NCBI GenBank assembly: GCA_050575255.1
Contig: JBNZDD010013572.1
Coordinates: forward strand, 1,296,439 to 1,360,438
DNA: 64,000 nt
Direction of reading: 5' to 3'
Source of the DNA: Harriotta raleighana
Lineage: Eukaryota
The notes under the pieces: model-generated
What the model was told of the DNA's origin: nothing
The model's input: only the letters and a program-made list of their open reading frames with translations
Database searches by the model: none
Shown: in pieces, positions 50,446 through 62,839 of the stretch
Position numbering within the stretch: position 1 is the first letter of the stretch
Layout: each line of letters starts with the position of its first letter
Translations under genes and position numbers: made by a program

Positions 50446-52944
50446 ACCTGCAGTTTTAAGAAGGTGATGACTGGTAAACTGGATTGTAAATCCTGGTAAA
50501 AACATCTATTATCTATGAAGACAATTTTCATATGGCAGGAATTAACAACTACTGTATAAAGTTATTCAGTTTAAGGGGAGCAAGTAGAGTGTAAAGAAGA
50601 ATTTATTGAGATTTTCAATTTCTATTCGCTAAACAAAAATAACCAGTTTTCACAAACACACTTAAATAGAGTTGAGTACACTTGGCAGCAGAGACCAAGA
50701 CATCTCTTTTCTATAATGTGCTTCATTCTGTGCTAATAAAGAAGCTATGGTGTCAAGAGATGAATAAAAATGTCAATCTTGTTATGTTCACTGACTACAG
50801 ATTGAGACAGATATTTCAAAGGACCCATCGCAAATGTCTTATTTGCTTGAATTTAGATTATTAGCAATGTAAAAGTTTGTATGCATACAGCAAAATAATG
50901 TTGTATTCTTGGGGAGAAAATAGAACTAGTGTTACATCAAAGTAAGTCTCAATTATCAGTCACTGGCCTTGCACAACACTGTGACTGGATTGATTTCTAC
51001 ATAATTTGTCAATCCTATTGAGCAAAATGAGCCATTTAGTTCAAACGAGTCATTTGAACAGTTTATCTCAATGCGACGTTGACTAAAATACAGCAGTAGG
51101 AAAGGCTAGGTTTTGCTGTTTAGTAAAGATTCCTTGAGCAAAACTAAAGGCTTGAATCTTAACATAAATAGAACTTGTTATTGCAGTTTTACAATGAACC
51201 TTCCTTAAACTGTGTCAAATTAGTACTGATTCCCAATGTCATTAAATTGATTTGTGAAGTTGCTTGAGCATGTGTTTCACTGAAGTACAACTGATGTTAT
51301 AATACATGACTGGCACAAGAGCACTCTATTTGCTTCTATTCACTCTCACTAGGGAAAAAGCACGATGGACGGAGAAAGCCAGCTGCAAAAATATTTTTCT
51401 CTATTATAAAGAAAATGTGACATTGAAAACATCAATGATTACATTGGAGGAGAGAATACAGCTTTTTTTTAAAACTCTGTATATATTTGGGTCAATGCGC
51501 AAAGCTCTCATCTCCACTATCCGTGTATTGGTTTGGAGATGGGACAAAGTATTAAGAAGGTCATCAGGAAGCCTTCTATGACTTGATTTGCCCCCTAACA
51601 TTTATGGAGAGTTGTGGTTGTGTGGGTACCCCCTGGCATTGTATCATAGCACACAATCAGAATTCCTCAGCATTCTCCTTCTCCAAGCTGATCATTTTTA
51701 AATGTGTTTGATTTCTGTACCTATTGAAGTTCATCAAAATGTGTTGGGAATTATTCCAACTTTTCAAAAGCGTTCCTGCAAAATTGTACAATACTCTGTT
51801 ACCAGAAGAGTGGAATGGATTGCAAGAAGAGTGGTGGAGAGCAGGGTGCTAGACTCATTTAAGAACTAGGTTGATGCTCTAATAGAACTGTCACCAATAA
51901 CATTTTTTCTATAATGTGAGAATAAATAAAATAAGATCCACACACCATCACCCTGGAGCAAAAGGACTAAGTAGTCCGTCAGTCTTCTGCCATTTGAGGA
52001 TTTAACATGTATATTTTTAGGATTCACAAGTTGAAAATCTACCGGACTTTCCAGTCATTCCTCCCTAAGTGACCCACAGAAATCCAGCCACCATTGATTT
52101 AGAAACATGTAATTTTTTAGTGCAGTGAAAGTCATTTAGCCAATCTGGTCTGTACCATACACAGCATAGCAGAGACTTGTTGAAATCAGAACTGAAACTT
52201 CAGACGCTCATCTAATTTCCCATCGGGAATGCCAAATGAATCTAAACGTTAGCGCTGCGCCATTGAATATTGCCCTCAGCACAGGGGTTAGTGCCAATGT
52301 TAATAACCAGAATTCAGTCTAGGCACAGTACCAGCCGTTGTTAAGAGTTCAGTTACATATGTTCAGTACTTTTCCCTTAAGTATTCAATGGAGAAACACA
52401 GTATTTCACACTGATTTAATTAAAAGAGAAGAGGAATTCCCTCCTGATATTAAAAGTAGAAACCTAAACAGTAAAAGCTGAAAACACAAGATGGATTCAA
52501 GGACAAGAGTTAATATACTTCTCGTCCTTCAGCTCACTTTGTATTCTATAGTAGGTTCCCAGGCAGGCAAATTGTTAAATTTTAATAAATCGGGCATAGT
52601 ACTGTACTATAAATTCCAAAAAATTCAACATCTCCAAGTTCCTTCTCTCGCCCGTACAACACTGTATTAGTTTCAGAACAGCAAAGATGCCGTTAAAGCT
52701 AATGAAAAGGAACCTGAATCAGCAACAAAATAAAGGCATAGAAAGGAAGGATTGCAACAAGATTCTGAAATAAAAGTGCTTTAAAATGCATCCAACATTC
52801 ATTTCTTTTCTTTTTTGTCCCTGCTGCCCTCCATCGCCTGTTCGTTCTCTAGTATATCAGGATTCTGTCAATTTGCTTCCAGAATATTATAATTCAATTT
52901 GCCAAACCAATATACATTACACTTCAAGATCAACAGACTCATTC

Positions 52945-53320
52945 TAATAATTCTTACATTTGATGTAACTCCTTTAACACCAGGAGGACATATGCAAGAT
53001 GTAATGACGTGTACTGTATGTGAACGCAACAGCTAATTTGCACAGCAAAGTACCACAAACAGTCATCAAGTGAATGATTAATTTTATTTGGTGGACACCG
53101 GGAGATACTCCCTTTTTTAATAGTGCCATTGGTTCTTTAACATCAACCTACACAGCCAAATGGGTTCTGAGTTTAACATTTCATCGAAAGGCTAGCACCT
53201 CAAACATCCTTCAGCACTGTTTTAAATTGTCATCTTAGACTACATGATTTCAAAGTCTTTGAACCCCCAAATTTCAGGCTCAGATGGGAGAGAGCTATCA
53301 ACTTTCCAGTCTGACACACA
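52945..53320 (-). mobile_element. Old DeuSINE relic
   Basis: ggacaccgggagatactcc..tagtgccattggttctttaacatc..gagagagctatcaact. Confidence 0.7.
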
Positions 53321-54225
53321 ACTTTAGATGTAGAGGAGCATTAGCCTCAGTGAGGAACCAGCCAAATATTGTTCTGAATATATTTCCTGGGATGTCCTCC
53401 CGACGTGAAAGGAGCCATATAAATGTAATTTTGTTGTTGTTGTTGCAACTGTGGCTTCATGTTTTTCTCAAGCTCCTCTGTTCTTGGAGATATTTTGATT
53501 ATTAAACCCTTCCAAAGAATCACAATCCTAGAAGCAATGACACCCTCCAATATCTAACCCAAGTGATTGTGATTCTAACAGAATATTTGACTGTCAGAGG
53601 AATGTGGCACAGAAATATTGTCTATCACGATTGCTTAGGATTTTACCTGAATGTTTTGGGTGAAGAAAGCCCATTTGATTTCATACTTTCAGAATACCCA
53701 TCACAGCATCCAGTTGTTACCAATCCATGTGAATAGCCTATCAAGTTGATTTTGTAAGATGTATGCTTATCCAAAGTACTGTCAACAAATAAATTCAACT
53801 GAACTTCAAAAAACATTTAATTGGAAATGCTTCTCTAACATAATAGAAATGAAGCAGAATAGAATGGCTACCTTTGGATGTCATATATATCTCTGATGTC
53901 TTTATCTGAGGCTCCTCTCTTCCCAAAATATATTATTTATATGTTCAGGAAAGCCAGTTCCCACTGTAGATTGCAGCTTATCCATTGGAAGGATAAGGCT
54001 TGATAGTCTGAATGATTTCTGTCCCTTAAATTCTCAGTTACATGATATTCCCGTTAAATATCTATGCAAACAATATTCAAAATGGACTATCAATCAGATA
54101 CGTATCGCTGTAATTTTGACTTTTGTCTACCTCACACTGTACCTTACCCCACCAATATGTTAAGTTGCAACCTTAATTTGTTTTCATACTGCAGCATATA
54201 AACTGTCAGGTCAGTCATTTATATA

Positions 54226-55080
54226 CAACAAAAAAATTACATTTTTATAGCGTTTTTCAAATTCGGAGGACATCCCAAGGCACTGGACAGTCAGTGTTTT
54301 GGACCTTGTCTGAGGTTGGGATCGGGAAGGGTGGAGGGAAGAAAGGGGAGGGGTGGGGTGAGGTGGGGGATGTGGGGTGGGTAACTAATCTGTCTCACGA
54401 CGGTCTAAACTCAGCTCACGTTCCCTATTAGTGGGTGAACAATCCAACACTTGGTGAGTTCTGCTTCACAATGATGGGAAGAGCTGATGGCACTGTTAAA
54501 GAGGAGAGTCTTGAGGTTGAACTTGAAGGAGGCTAAGGAGGGCGCGAGCAGGAGGGGCTGCAGGGTGGAATTCCAAAGGTTGGAGGAAGAGTGGCTGAAG
54601 GCTTGCCCACCAAAGGTAGGGAGCGTTAGTCGCGGGACATGGAATAGGCTGGAGCCCACTGAGCGGAGGAAGCATCAGGTTAGTAGGGGGTTAAGAGATT
54701 GTAGATGCAAGGTGGGGTAAGGCCAAGAAGGGCTTTAACGATGAGGGCCAGGATTTTGAATTACATCCTTTGAGTGATGTGGAACCAGTGGATTTGGGTA
54801 AGAATGGGGCTGATAGGGTCATGGAGCTTTGTGTGGGAGAGGACATTAGCTGCAACCTATGGAGGGAGGAATTGGAGCGGCCGACAAACAGGACATTGGC
54901 ATAGTCGAGAATGGATGTGATAAAGGCATGAATGGGAGTTTCAGTGGCCTGATGAGTGAAGGGGTGGCGGAGTTGAGCAATGTTGCAGATGTGAGGGAAG
55001 GCAGAGTGGATCATAGCATGGATGGGGGGAGAAACGACAGTTGAGGATTCAGCAAGACACCTGGGTTCCTGATTGGCTTG
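54226..55080 (-). mobile_element. L2 LINE 3' fragment carrying a 28S rRNA piece
   Basis: ETPIHAFITSILDYAN; GGQAFSHSSSNLWNS..FKFNLKTLLFNSA; C-rich UTR and tail at 54226. Confidence 0.9.
54379..54487 (-). pseudogene. 28S rRNA fragment (domain V, peptidyl-transferase region)
   Basis: Minus strand tcagctcttcccatcattgtgaagcagaactcaccaagtgttggattgttcacccactaatagggaacgtgagctgagtttagaccgtcgtgagacagattagtt matches the conserved eukaryotic LSU segment as I recall it, with roughly 7 transitions. Confidence 0.9.
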
Positions 55081-56024
55081 GTGATATCCTAGGGCGCTTT
55101 GTTATTTACCCTCCATGCAGTAAGGAGTTATTGGGGTTTTGACACCCAATGCCCATATATAAAGTAAAATTGAAGACTGCAAAACATACAAAAGTGGACA
55201 AACCAGGCATGTTTGGGGTATGGGTTAAAATAACTTAAGAAGAAAGGCAATGGCAGCCACCAAGAATGAGGGCCTTAGCAATTCATTCTTAAAGTGAATA
55301 ATTTGGAAATAATACCAATGGAAAAACAATTTGGTTGGATAGTCTAATCACATCTGATTGGATAAAGCAGGAATAAAATTAAGCTGAGATCAGCAACCGG
55401 AAAAGAATAATTTAACAACATGGAAGAAGTTGCTCTGCAATTGTACTGCAATAAGAAGAAGCCAAATACAAATGTTATGTGGTCAATAGAATTGTACAAT
55501 TACGTCCTTCGGATGTTCTCCCGACGTGAAAGGCGTTCTATAAATGTAATTTTGTTGCTGCTATTGTTGTACAAGTGTGAAAATTGGATCCTGGAGGCTG
55601 AAGTAGGAAAAATGGTAGGCATTTGAGTTATACAGTGACAATGTTGAATCTGTGTTACATAGATGGAATGACTAATAGGAAGAGAACCTGAAAACAGCTC
55701 ACGAATAGAGCAAAGTGATAAGGTAGATCAAAATGAAATAAACAATGTTGCTGTATTATACAGAGTGTACAGGGGAAATTTATGTGGTTGTTACTCTATG
55801 GGAAAACTCAAAAGCATCAGCTTTAGATGCAGGCAAAGAGAAATGTTATTCAATTTGGGGATGGAATGGATAGATTTAAAATCAGGAATAGATGCAATCT
55901 TCATGCAGATTAATAGAGAGTAGACATGGACACCTAAAGCAATTGCATAAACAATAAAGTTGTCAACCTCTACAGTGGAGCAGCACCTAAGAAGGCAAGA
56001 TGGCACTTGCCTCTGCAAAGTAGG

Positions 56025-56368
56025 TTAATTAGAAAATAGACGTTTTAGATATCTAAAAAAGGATAACTCCTATTTCCATGAATTTGTAAGGGTATAATTA
56101 CTCTGCTATTAGGATATTAATTATGCTAATGTACTCAATTTGCATAGGCTAATTGGCCAACTTAGAAAATAAAAATCTCCCTGTAACTCAACAACTATAA
56201 CATCTATCTTTGTAAGACTTGGAAGCTATGATTGTTATGCTATTGGGGATAGCATATTAATAATTGTGCTAATTAGACTTAATTTACATATGCAGATTAC
56301 ATTAATTAGAAAACAGGCCTTTCCTCATAATTCAAAAATCTTTCACGGTTATTAATTACTCAACAAAG
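56025..56368. repeat. Degenerate tandem repeat, ~134-bp period, about 2.5 units
   Basis: gctatt..tattaat..tgctaat..aattt(g/a)cata..ttagaaaa recurs at 56105 and 56239; partial unit upstream. Confidence 0.55.
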
Positions 56369-57484
56369 TAGAAAAAAAAACAACTGCATGTTATTAATCA
56401 GTTGTGAGCCTAAGCTTTCTGGAGCTCCATACAACAATTCACATCAGGGCTGCATCTTTCCCTATTTCTATTAGTCAAGGGTAAAAATGATAAACAGCAT
56501 TGCCACCCATTGGCAAAGCCCAAAGGACCTGTAGGGAACACTGCACTGTGATACATCATAGAAAACAGCTTTTCAAAACTGAATGCATCTTATCTTGCTC
56601 AACAATGGATGCCTTTTACTCATGGTGATGTTCTGCACCATTACTCTTATGGTGCCAATGGTCTAATGGACCAAGCCTCCAATTCTGCATAAATAGATCA
56701 TACAGTAGATCTTTAAGGTATACTATTTTGAAAAACAATTCTTGTAAATCTTTATTCTTTTGTTTACAAACACACAACCCGTTTGCCTGTATCTTAAAGC
56801 ATCGTTACAGTTAATGTCCTTATTATTAAAATTACACCCAGCATTTATGTTCCTGCTCCCACTCAAAGAAAGAATTACTGTATTCCTATAAATTGTTAAA
56901 CCACACTTGCTTGACAAATATACTGTTCTTCTGACCTGGCCTTATTTATTCATAAACCTGCTCCTACCTACCCCACAGGGCTGCATGCGCTGTTTGGGCT
57001 CCATCTTTCTAAGTGAAGTTACAATATAAATGTCAATGAATGTTGTTATTTTGCTAATAGCTGCCAGAGTGCTTTACTTTGTTTACAAATCCATGATGAT
57101 ATTGATGATGGTATGACTGATTATTTTTTACTGTGAATTAACACCGGAAAATTGGCTGCGAAGAGAATCTTTATGATGGAGGAAAAAATACCACCTTTTT
57201 TTTAACGTGCTTAATAATTTTTATTCAAACCCCAGGCACTATAACTCACTTTTAACTTCAATCATTAAAATATCCTTAAACAAATGTAATTTTGCTGTTG
57301 TTGTTAAGCCACTGCTGGCATAGACAAAGGAAATCATTGCTTCCAATGGCTGGATTCATGATTTTCTCAATCGTAAATACATGGTGTTCCATGTATCCTA
57401 CTGTCCTCTATGTTCCCTTATCCCCTATTTCCAATGGTTCTATACCTCTCAATGTCTCCTATTTACAATTTGCTCAGCACCCAA

Positions 57485-57797
57485 GGCATCCTGTAGCTCA
57501 GTGGTTAGAGCAATCAGCTCACAAATAAGAGACCTGGGTTCAATTCCAGGAAGGGCAAAACCTTGGGCAAGTTTGCTTACTCCACACGCCTGATAATAAT
57601 CCCTCAAGAAAAGAACAATAACAAATTGGTCACCTCAATCCACGACTATTCGTGGGACACTACTGTGCGCAATTGGCTGCCACGTTTGCCCATAAATATA
57701 TAGTCAATTCACTTGAAAATATATTCTGTGAAGTGCTTTGAAATGTCAAGAAGATGTGAAAAGTGCTATATCAAATGCAAGGATTAGAATTATTATA
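57485..57797 (+). mobile_element. tRNA-Deu SINE, full length
   Basis: tcctgtagctcagtggttagagc..gggttcaattcc..tail. Confidence 0.9.
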
Positions 57798-58671
57798 TAA
57801 ATGCAAGCTCTTGTTGTTACCTTTCTGTTCTCACCTGGGATCAGATTTGTAGTCCACGTATATGTATCACATTGAATGGGTCATAGGAAGACTCTAATTC
57901 TGTTAAAAATGGTGAAGTCATAGTAGTCTGGTCCATAAGACAATACTTTTAGTTTGTGAATCATGGACTTCCATTATTGTTAGTGGGATACTGGCTATTT
58001 GTTTTTGTTTATTAAAATTCCTATTTACCAGCAGACTTGAGCCTGAATTCCAATGCGGTAGGCCTGGCTTCTAGGATTTCACCATTGATACTGGTGTTGG
58101 GGGAAGGAGGATGGGTTGAGGACAGATATGAACATGACAAATATTACATGGACCATAGAATTCACCTCTACACCTCTTTCATTCAGTTCTGCTCATAAAA
58201 AAATGGTGAATCTATTGAATTATTTACTTCAGTATTAATTTGATCAAAAAATGTAAAAAGTAATATGTTTTGATGTAGAAATGTAAATACAAAGCTTTGC
58301 CCCCATTTTCCATTTAGCTCCAGTGCTGCTATAAGCATTTTAAAATGTGTCAAGAATGATCTGAGGAAAAGACAATGATTCCCAGTTGTGTTGCACAGTG
58401 GCACATATGAGACAGTCTGTGAGAGGTTACAATCAAATTCAGAGTTTCAACTGAGGATTTTAGGGTTCCACTGGAAAAATCTTTAAGATGAGTAAGAGCT
58501 AGGGATTTTAATTACAATAAGATCCATATTCGCAGTATTAAATAGATTTTATTTATTACTAGTATGATATAAAATGAGAATTTATTTTCTGAAAAATGCA
58601 TTGTACCAGCCTCTGTAAGGGCATGCTTAAACACATATCAGAGTTATTACTTTCTTACCTGTTTAGTAAGA

Positions 58672-58731
58672 ATTGATATCTTCGTGTAGGTCTGAATTCC
58701 AATAATTCAGACCTACACGATCTGTGTCAAT
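58672..58731 (+). repeat. Inverted repeat / hairpin
   Basis: tcgtgtaggtctgaatt (58682-98), loop ccaat, aattcagacctacacga (58704-20): perfect 17-bp arms. Confidence 0.9.
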
Positions 58732-59945
58732 ATTATCATAGTGAGTGAAACTTCCTAAAGAAATCAACTTTCAACAATCATTGAAGATTGGAACAACTTG
58801 AAGCATGTTCCACCACCTTAAATGAGACTCATTCAAATAGCATCTCAGTGGAAGATTGCTCTATGAGATCTTTCACTATACTATAGTTTACTATATACTC
58901 ATGCTCTCTATCAGTTTCCACCCTCCCTACTTCTAACTCTGGTCTAAAATACTGTCTGTCCAGCACCTAGGGACAGACATGTAGCCCTGACATGAAAGAC
59001 GCTCCACAAATGTAATGTTGTTGTTGTTACCAACACTGGAGCATTATTCATTCCCAATGTATAATTCTCTTATTCAGTCTCCAAATTCTTTGAAATCCCA
59101 TTTGCAAAGTTTCTTGGCATATTGTGATTTTCATGACCCATTCTGCTTTCCCCACCTCCACAGCATTGCTTGGCTCCATCACTGCCTTACCCTCAGGCCA
59201 AAGAGAGTCTCGAGCATTCTTTCATTATGTCCAGGCAGCATTACATCAATTTAGTTTGTCTCCCTGCTTACAGCATTTGTGGGAACCAGATTATATACTA
59301 AGGAAATCCTGTTAAAAATACATTAATTTAGCTTTCTTTATTTCTATCTTCCCTTCACTTTTTTTCTCTCTCTCTCTCTCTCTTCCCACCTGCCACTCAT
59401 GCTCTTTATCAATCTGATTTCCTGCTGTTCATACATTGGAGAATATTCTGATGAATTTGAAATTACAATTTGAACATTGTGAAATTCAAATAGTAATATG
59501 AAACTGAAATGAACTTGTTAAAGTAACAACATTCAATGTTCCGTCTGTTTTTCTCTTTTCATTCTGATTATGTTATAATTTTTCATACTGAATTTATATC
59601 TGTAGTGTTGTAAATTCAGTGTGAAAATCAGAAAACAAACCTGCCAAACTGTGCTCCGGTTCACCTTTTGCACCTTCACTGAGACCTATTCAAGCAGGTG
59701 TTCAGTGTTACAAAATTTATATGTCTGTTGCTAGTATACATTAATTATTTTGATTCTCTCAGACTCAGTGAAAGGTAGTTAAAATTTGCACTGTTCGAAA
59801 AAAGAAGGGAGTTTCTTCCGGTGTCATGGCCAACAATTCCCCCAAACAAATTAGTCATTTGTATCATCACTGTTTGTGGGACATTGCTGTGTGCAATCGG
59901 GCTGACACATTCACCTACAAAAACACAATCACTCCACTTTATATA

Positions 59946-60263
59946 AAAATAATAATCTTTGCATTTGATATCGCGCTTTTCACATCTTCTCGATGTCTCA
60001 AAGTGCTTCACATTATATAATGTAAAGTGAATTGACTGTATATTTGTGGGCGAAATGCGGCAGCCAATTGCGCACAGCGGTGTCCCACAAACAGTTGTGG
60101 ATTGAAATAATCAATTTTATTATTGTGTTTTTTTGAGAGATTATTATTAGGCGTGAGGAGTAAGTAAACTTGCCCAAGATTCCACCCTGATCTGCCGGGA
60201 TTTGAAACACAGGTCTCACGCTTTTAAGGCATGTGCTCTAACCAGCGAGCTACAGGAGTTCCA
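59946..60263 (-). mobile_element. tRNA-Deu SINE inserted into an older plus-strand DeuSINE (about 59840-60350)
   Basis: Full length; TSD actttata at 59936-43 and 60267-74. Confidence 0.9.
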
Positions 60264-60367
60264 TTTACTTTATAGTAAATCCTGTGAAGCTCTTTTGGAT
60301 GTCCTTCTGAAACAAAAAGCACTATACCACATGCAAGGATTATTATTATTATTTGCATACGATAATA

Positions 60368-61140
60368 CAACAACAACTTTGATTTACACAGCGCCCTCCA
60401 CGCCGAAAGGCATCTCAGAGCATTTCACAATAGCAGATCCCGGGACTGAACCAGGGGCAGGGGTAGAAAGGTGACCAAAGGCATGGTCGAAGAGAAAGGT
60501 CTTCAGCTGGGACGTGAAACTGGAAAAAGAGGAGGCGAGGCGGAGGGAATGAGGAAGGGAATTCCAGAGCCTAGGGGCATAGTGGCTGAAGGCACGGCCG
60601 CCGAGGGCAGAGCAGAGGATTCGGGGGACATGGAGGAGACCAGACCCAGTGGAGCAAAAGCAACGGGTGCTGGTTTGAGGAGAGAGGGGGTCAGAGAGAT
60701 AGGGGGTTGCAGGGGAGTGGAGGGATTTGAAGACGAGGGTGAGGATCTTGAAATCAATCCTCTCTGGGATAGGGAGCCAGTGGCAGGGTCTGGGGTAATG
60801 GGGGAGTGAAGTTTGGTGCAGGTGAAAACACGAGCGGCAGAGTTCTGGATAAGATGGACTCTGTGGATTGTGGTGGAAGGGAGACCGGAGAGGAGGGCAT
60901 TGCAATAGTCCAGCTGAGAGGTGACAAGGGCGTGGACCAGGGTTTCAGCGGCTTTTGGTGTGAGGTATTGGCGGAGACGGGCAATCCTTCGGAGGTTGAA
61001 GAAAGCGATGCTGGTGACGGATCGGATGTGATGGAGGAAGGACAGTTGAGGGTCGAACTTGATGCCTAGATTGTGCACAGTTCGGAGAGTTTTAGGAGCA
61101 GACCGAGAAGGTGGAGGAGGTGAGAGCCGTGCAAATGGAG
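60368..61140 (-). mobile_element. Young L2 LINE 3' fragment
   Basis: ORFs 60503-61078 and 60384-60905: AAETLVHALVTSQLDYCNALL; HWLPIPERIDFKIL..GGRAFSHYAPRLWNSLP..LKTFLFDHAF; CpGs retained. Confidence 0.95.
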
Positions 61141-61367
61141 ATGTTAACTTTTACAAACAGAAGTATAACGATCTTACAAAGAGAGCGTGATAGGATATAG
61201 TTTCATGACTGTTTATGAAATATTGTTCTGTGCAAAATTGGCTCCCCTCATTTGCCTACAAGTTTCAGTCATTTCAGCTTACTTTAGTATCTTCTGTGAA
61301 GCATTTTGAGAAGTGCCCCAATGTAAAACGCGCTAATTTCTAAAGTTCGTATCATTATTATATACAC

Positions 61368-61683
61368 ATAATAATAATCCTTGCATTTGATATAGCGCTT
61401 TTCACATCTTCTAGACATCTCAAAGCGCTTCACAGAATATACTGTAAAGTGAATTGACTGTGTATTTGTGGGCGAAACGTTGCAGCCAATTGCACACAGC
61501 AGTGTCCCACAAACACTCGTGGATTGAAATTGACTAATTTTTCATGATAGGTTTTTTTTGGGGACGGATTATTATTAGGCTGGTGGAGTAAGGGAACTTG
61601 TCTGAGGTTTCGTCCTATCTTGATTCGACACACAGATCATGCTTGTAAGTTGAGTGTTCTAACCATTGAGCTACAGGACTCCA
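61368..61683 (-). mobile_element. tRNA-Deu SINE, full length
   Basis: Head, core and tail; TSD cacata at 61365-70 and 61682-87. Confidence 0.9.
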
Positions 61684-61729
61684 CATATATGCGTCTTGGC
61701 TTGACAACTGCCAAATGAAGTTCATTACA

Positions 61730-61985
61730 GATAAATAGGGAGATCTGCTTATAGGAAGTAAGAATAGGAGGCACATGTACTCCATAGTTGGGATACAACC
61801 TATCAAGCAGGAAACTGAAAGAAACCTAAGAGTGTTAGTTGACTCATCACTCACCATGTCAAAACAGTGTAAAGCAGTAACAAACAAGGCAAACAGGATA
61901 CTGAGCTATGTTATTAAATCAGTTGCACGCAGATTCAAAGATGTCATGTAGAAGCTGTACATTGCTCTGGTGAGGCTGCATGTGA
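61730..61985 (+). mobile_element. CR1 RT fragment
   Basis: Translates to ETERNLRVLVDSSLTMSKQCKAVTNKANRILSYV..KLYIALVRL with one stop. Confidence 0.8.
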
Positions 61986-62189
61986 TGTAGGGTTCTGTGA
62001 CATAAACAAATAGATGGAAAAATAACTTTTACAAATTATTTGATAACTGACAATTGATAATTATTTAATCTGTTAGAAACATAACATGTTTCACCTTCTG
62101 ATTTCTTTATTCTCCCTGTGGTAAAAGGGTTCAGCTTCTATGTTTACCATTTTATTGATAATTACCATCTTCAAACTCGATTATTCAAA

Positions 62190-62610
62190 TGTCCTCCTCT
62201 ATCCAGCTCCACCATCCACAAAATCCAGATGATCCAAAACCCATTTTATCGCATTTTCACAGTATTAAATTCCATCATACCAGTTCTAGCCCAGTGGCTC
62301 TCTATCACTGAACAGATCGATTCCACGATCCTCATGCTTGTTTTCAAATCCTTTGAATGTCCTGGGATCTCCCTAACTCTAAGATTTGCTTACTCCTTGA
62401 CCTATTACCAGCTGCCTCTGCTTGATGGGCTTTGACCTTCTGCACATCCCTCTATCCTCTCCATTTCACCATCGATGGTTGCTCTTTCAACCACTACACC
62501 CTGAAACTCTGGAACACTCACCCTCTATCCCACTGCCTTGCTCCTTCCTTCCCCATCTTTAGATCATGCTGAAGAACTTCCTCTTTGACCATGCTTAATG
62601 TCACCTCCCC
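62190..62610 (+). mobile_element. Old L2 3' fragment
   Basis: STIHKIQMIQN..IIPVLAQWLSITEQID. Confidence 0.75.
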
Positions 62611-62839
62611 CTGGGTTTGGTGTTGCGCCACGCAAGTTATTTTTGTTGTGCAATTGGAACACAGGGACAGAAGGAGGGCATTCAATCCTTTGAGTTTGTC
62701 CCATTAGTTTATTAGATATTGGCAGATTTTCTAATCCCGGTGCCTCACCCCTTAATACTATTTGTGCTAACAACAACCAAAGGTCAAAAGGTACTTTGAA
62801 CACATTTAAGAAGCAATGTTATGATGTAATAGGAAGACT

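Noticed and set aside
56499-56515. CTCF-like motifs (also near 15530 and 55993)
   Set aside because: Several mismatches to the core; cannot be distinguished from background without ChIP data
59448-59505. CTGATGA + hairpin + GAAA as a hammerhead
   Set aside because: GAAA is not adjacent to the stem; AT-rich chance hairpin
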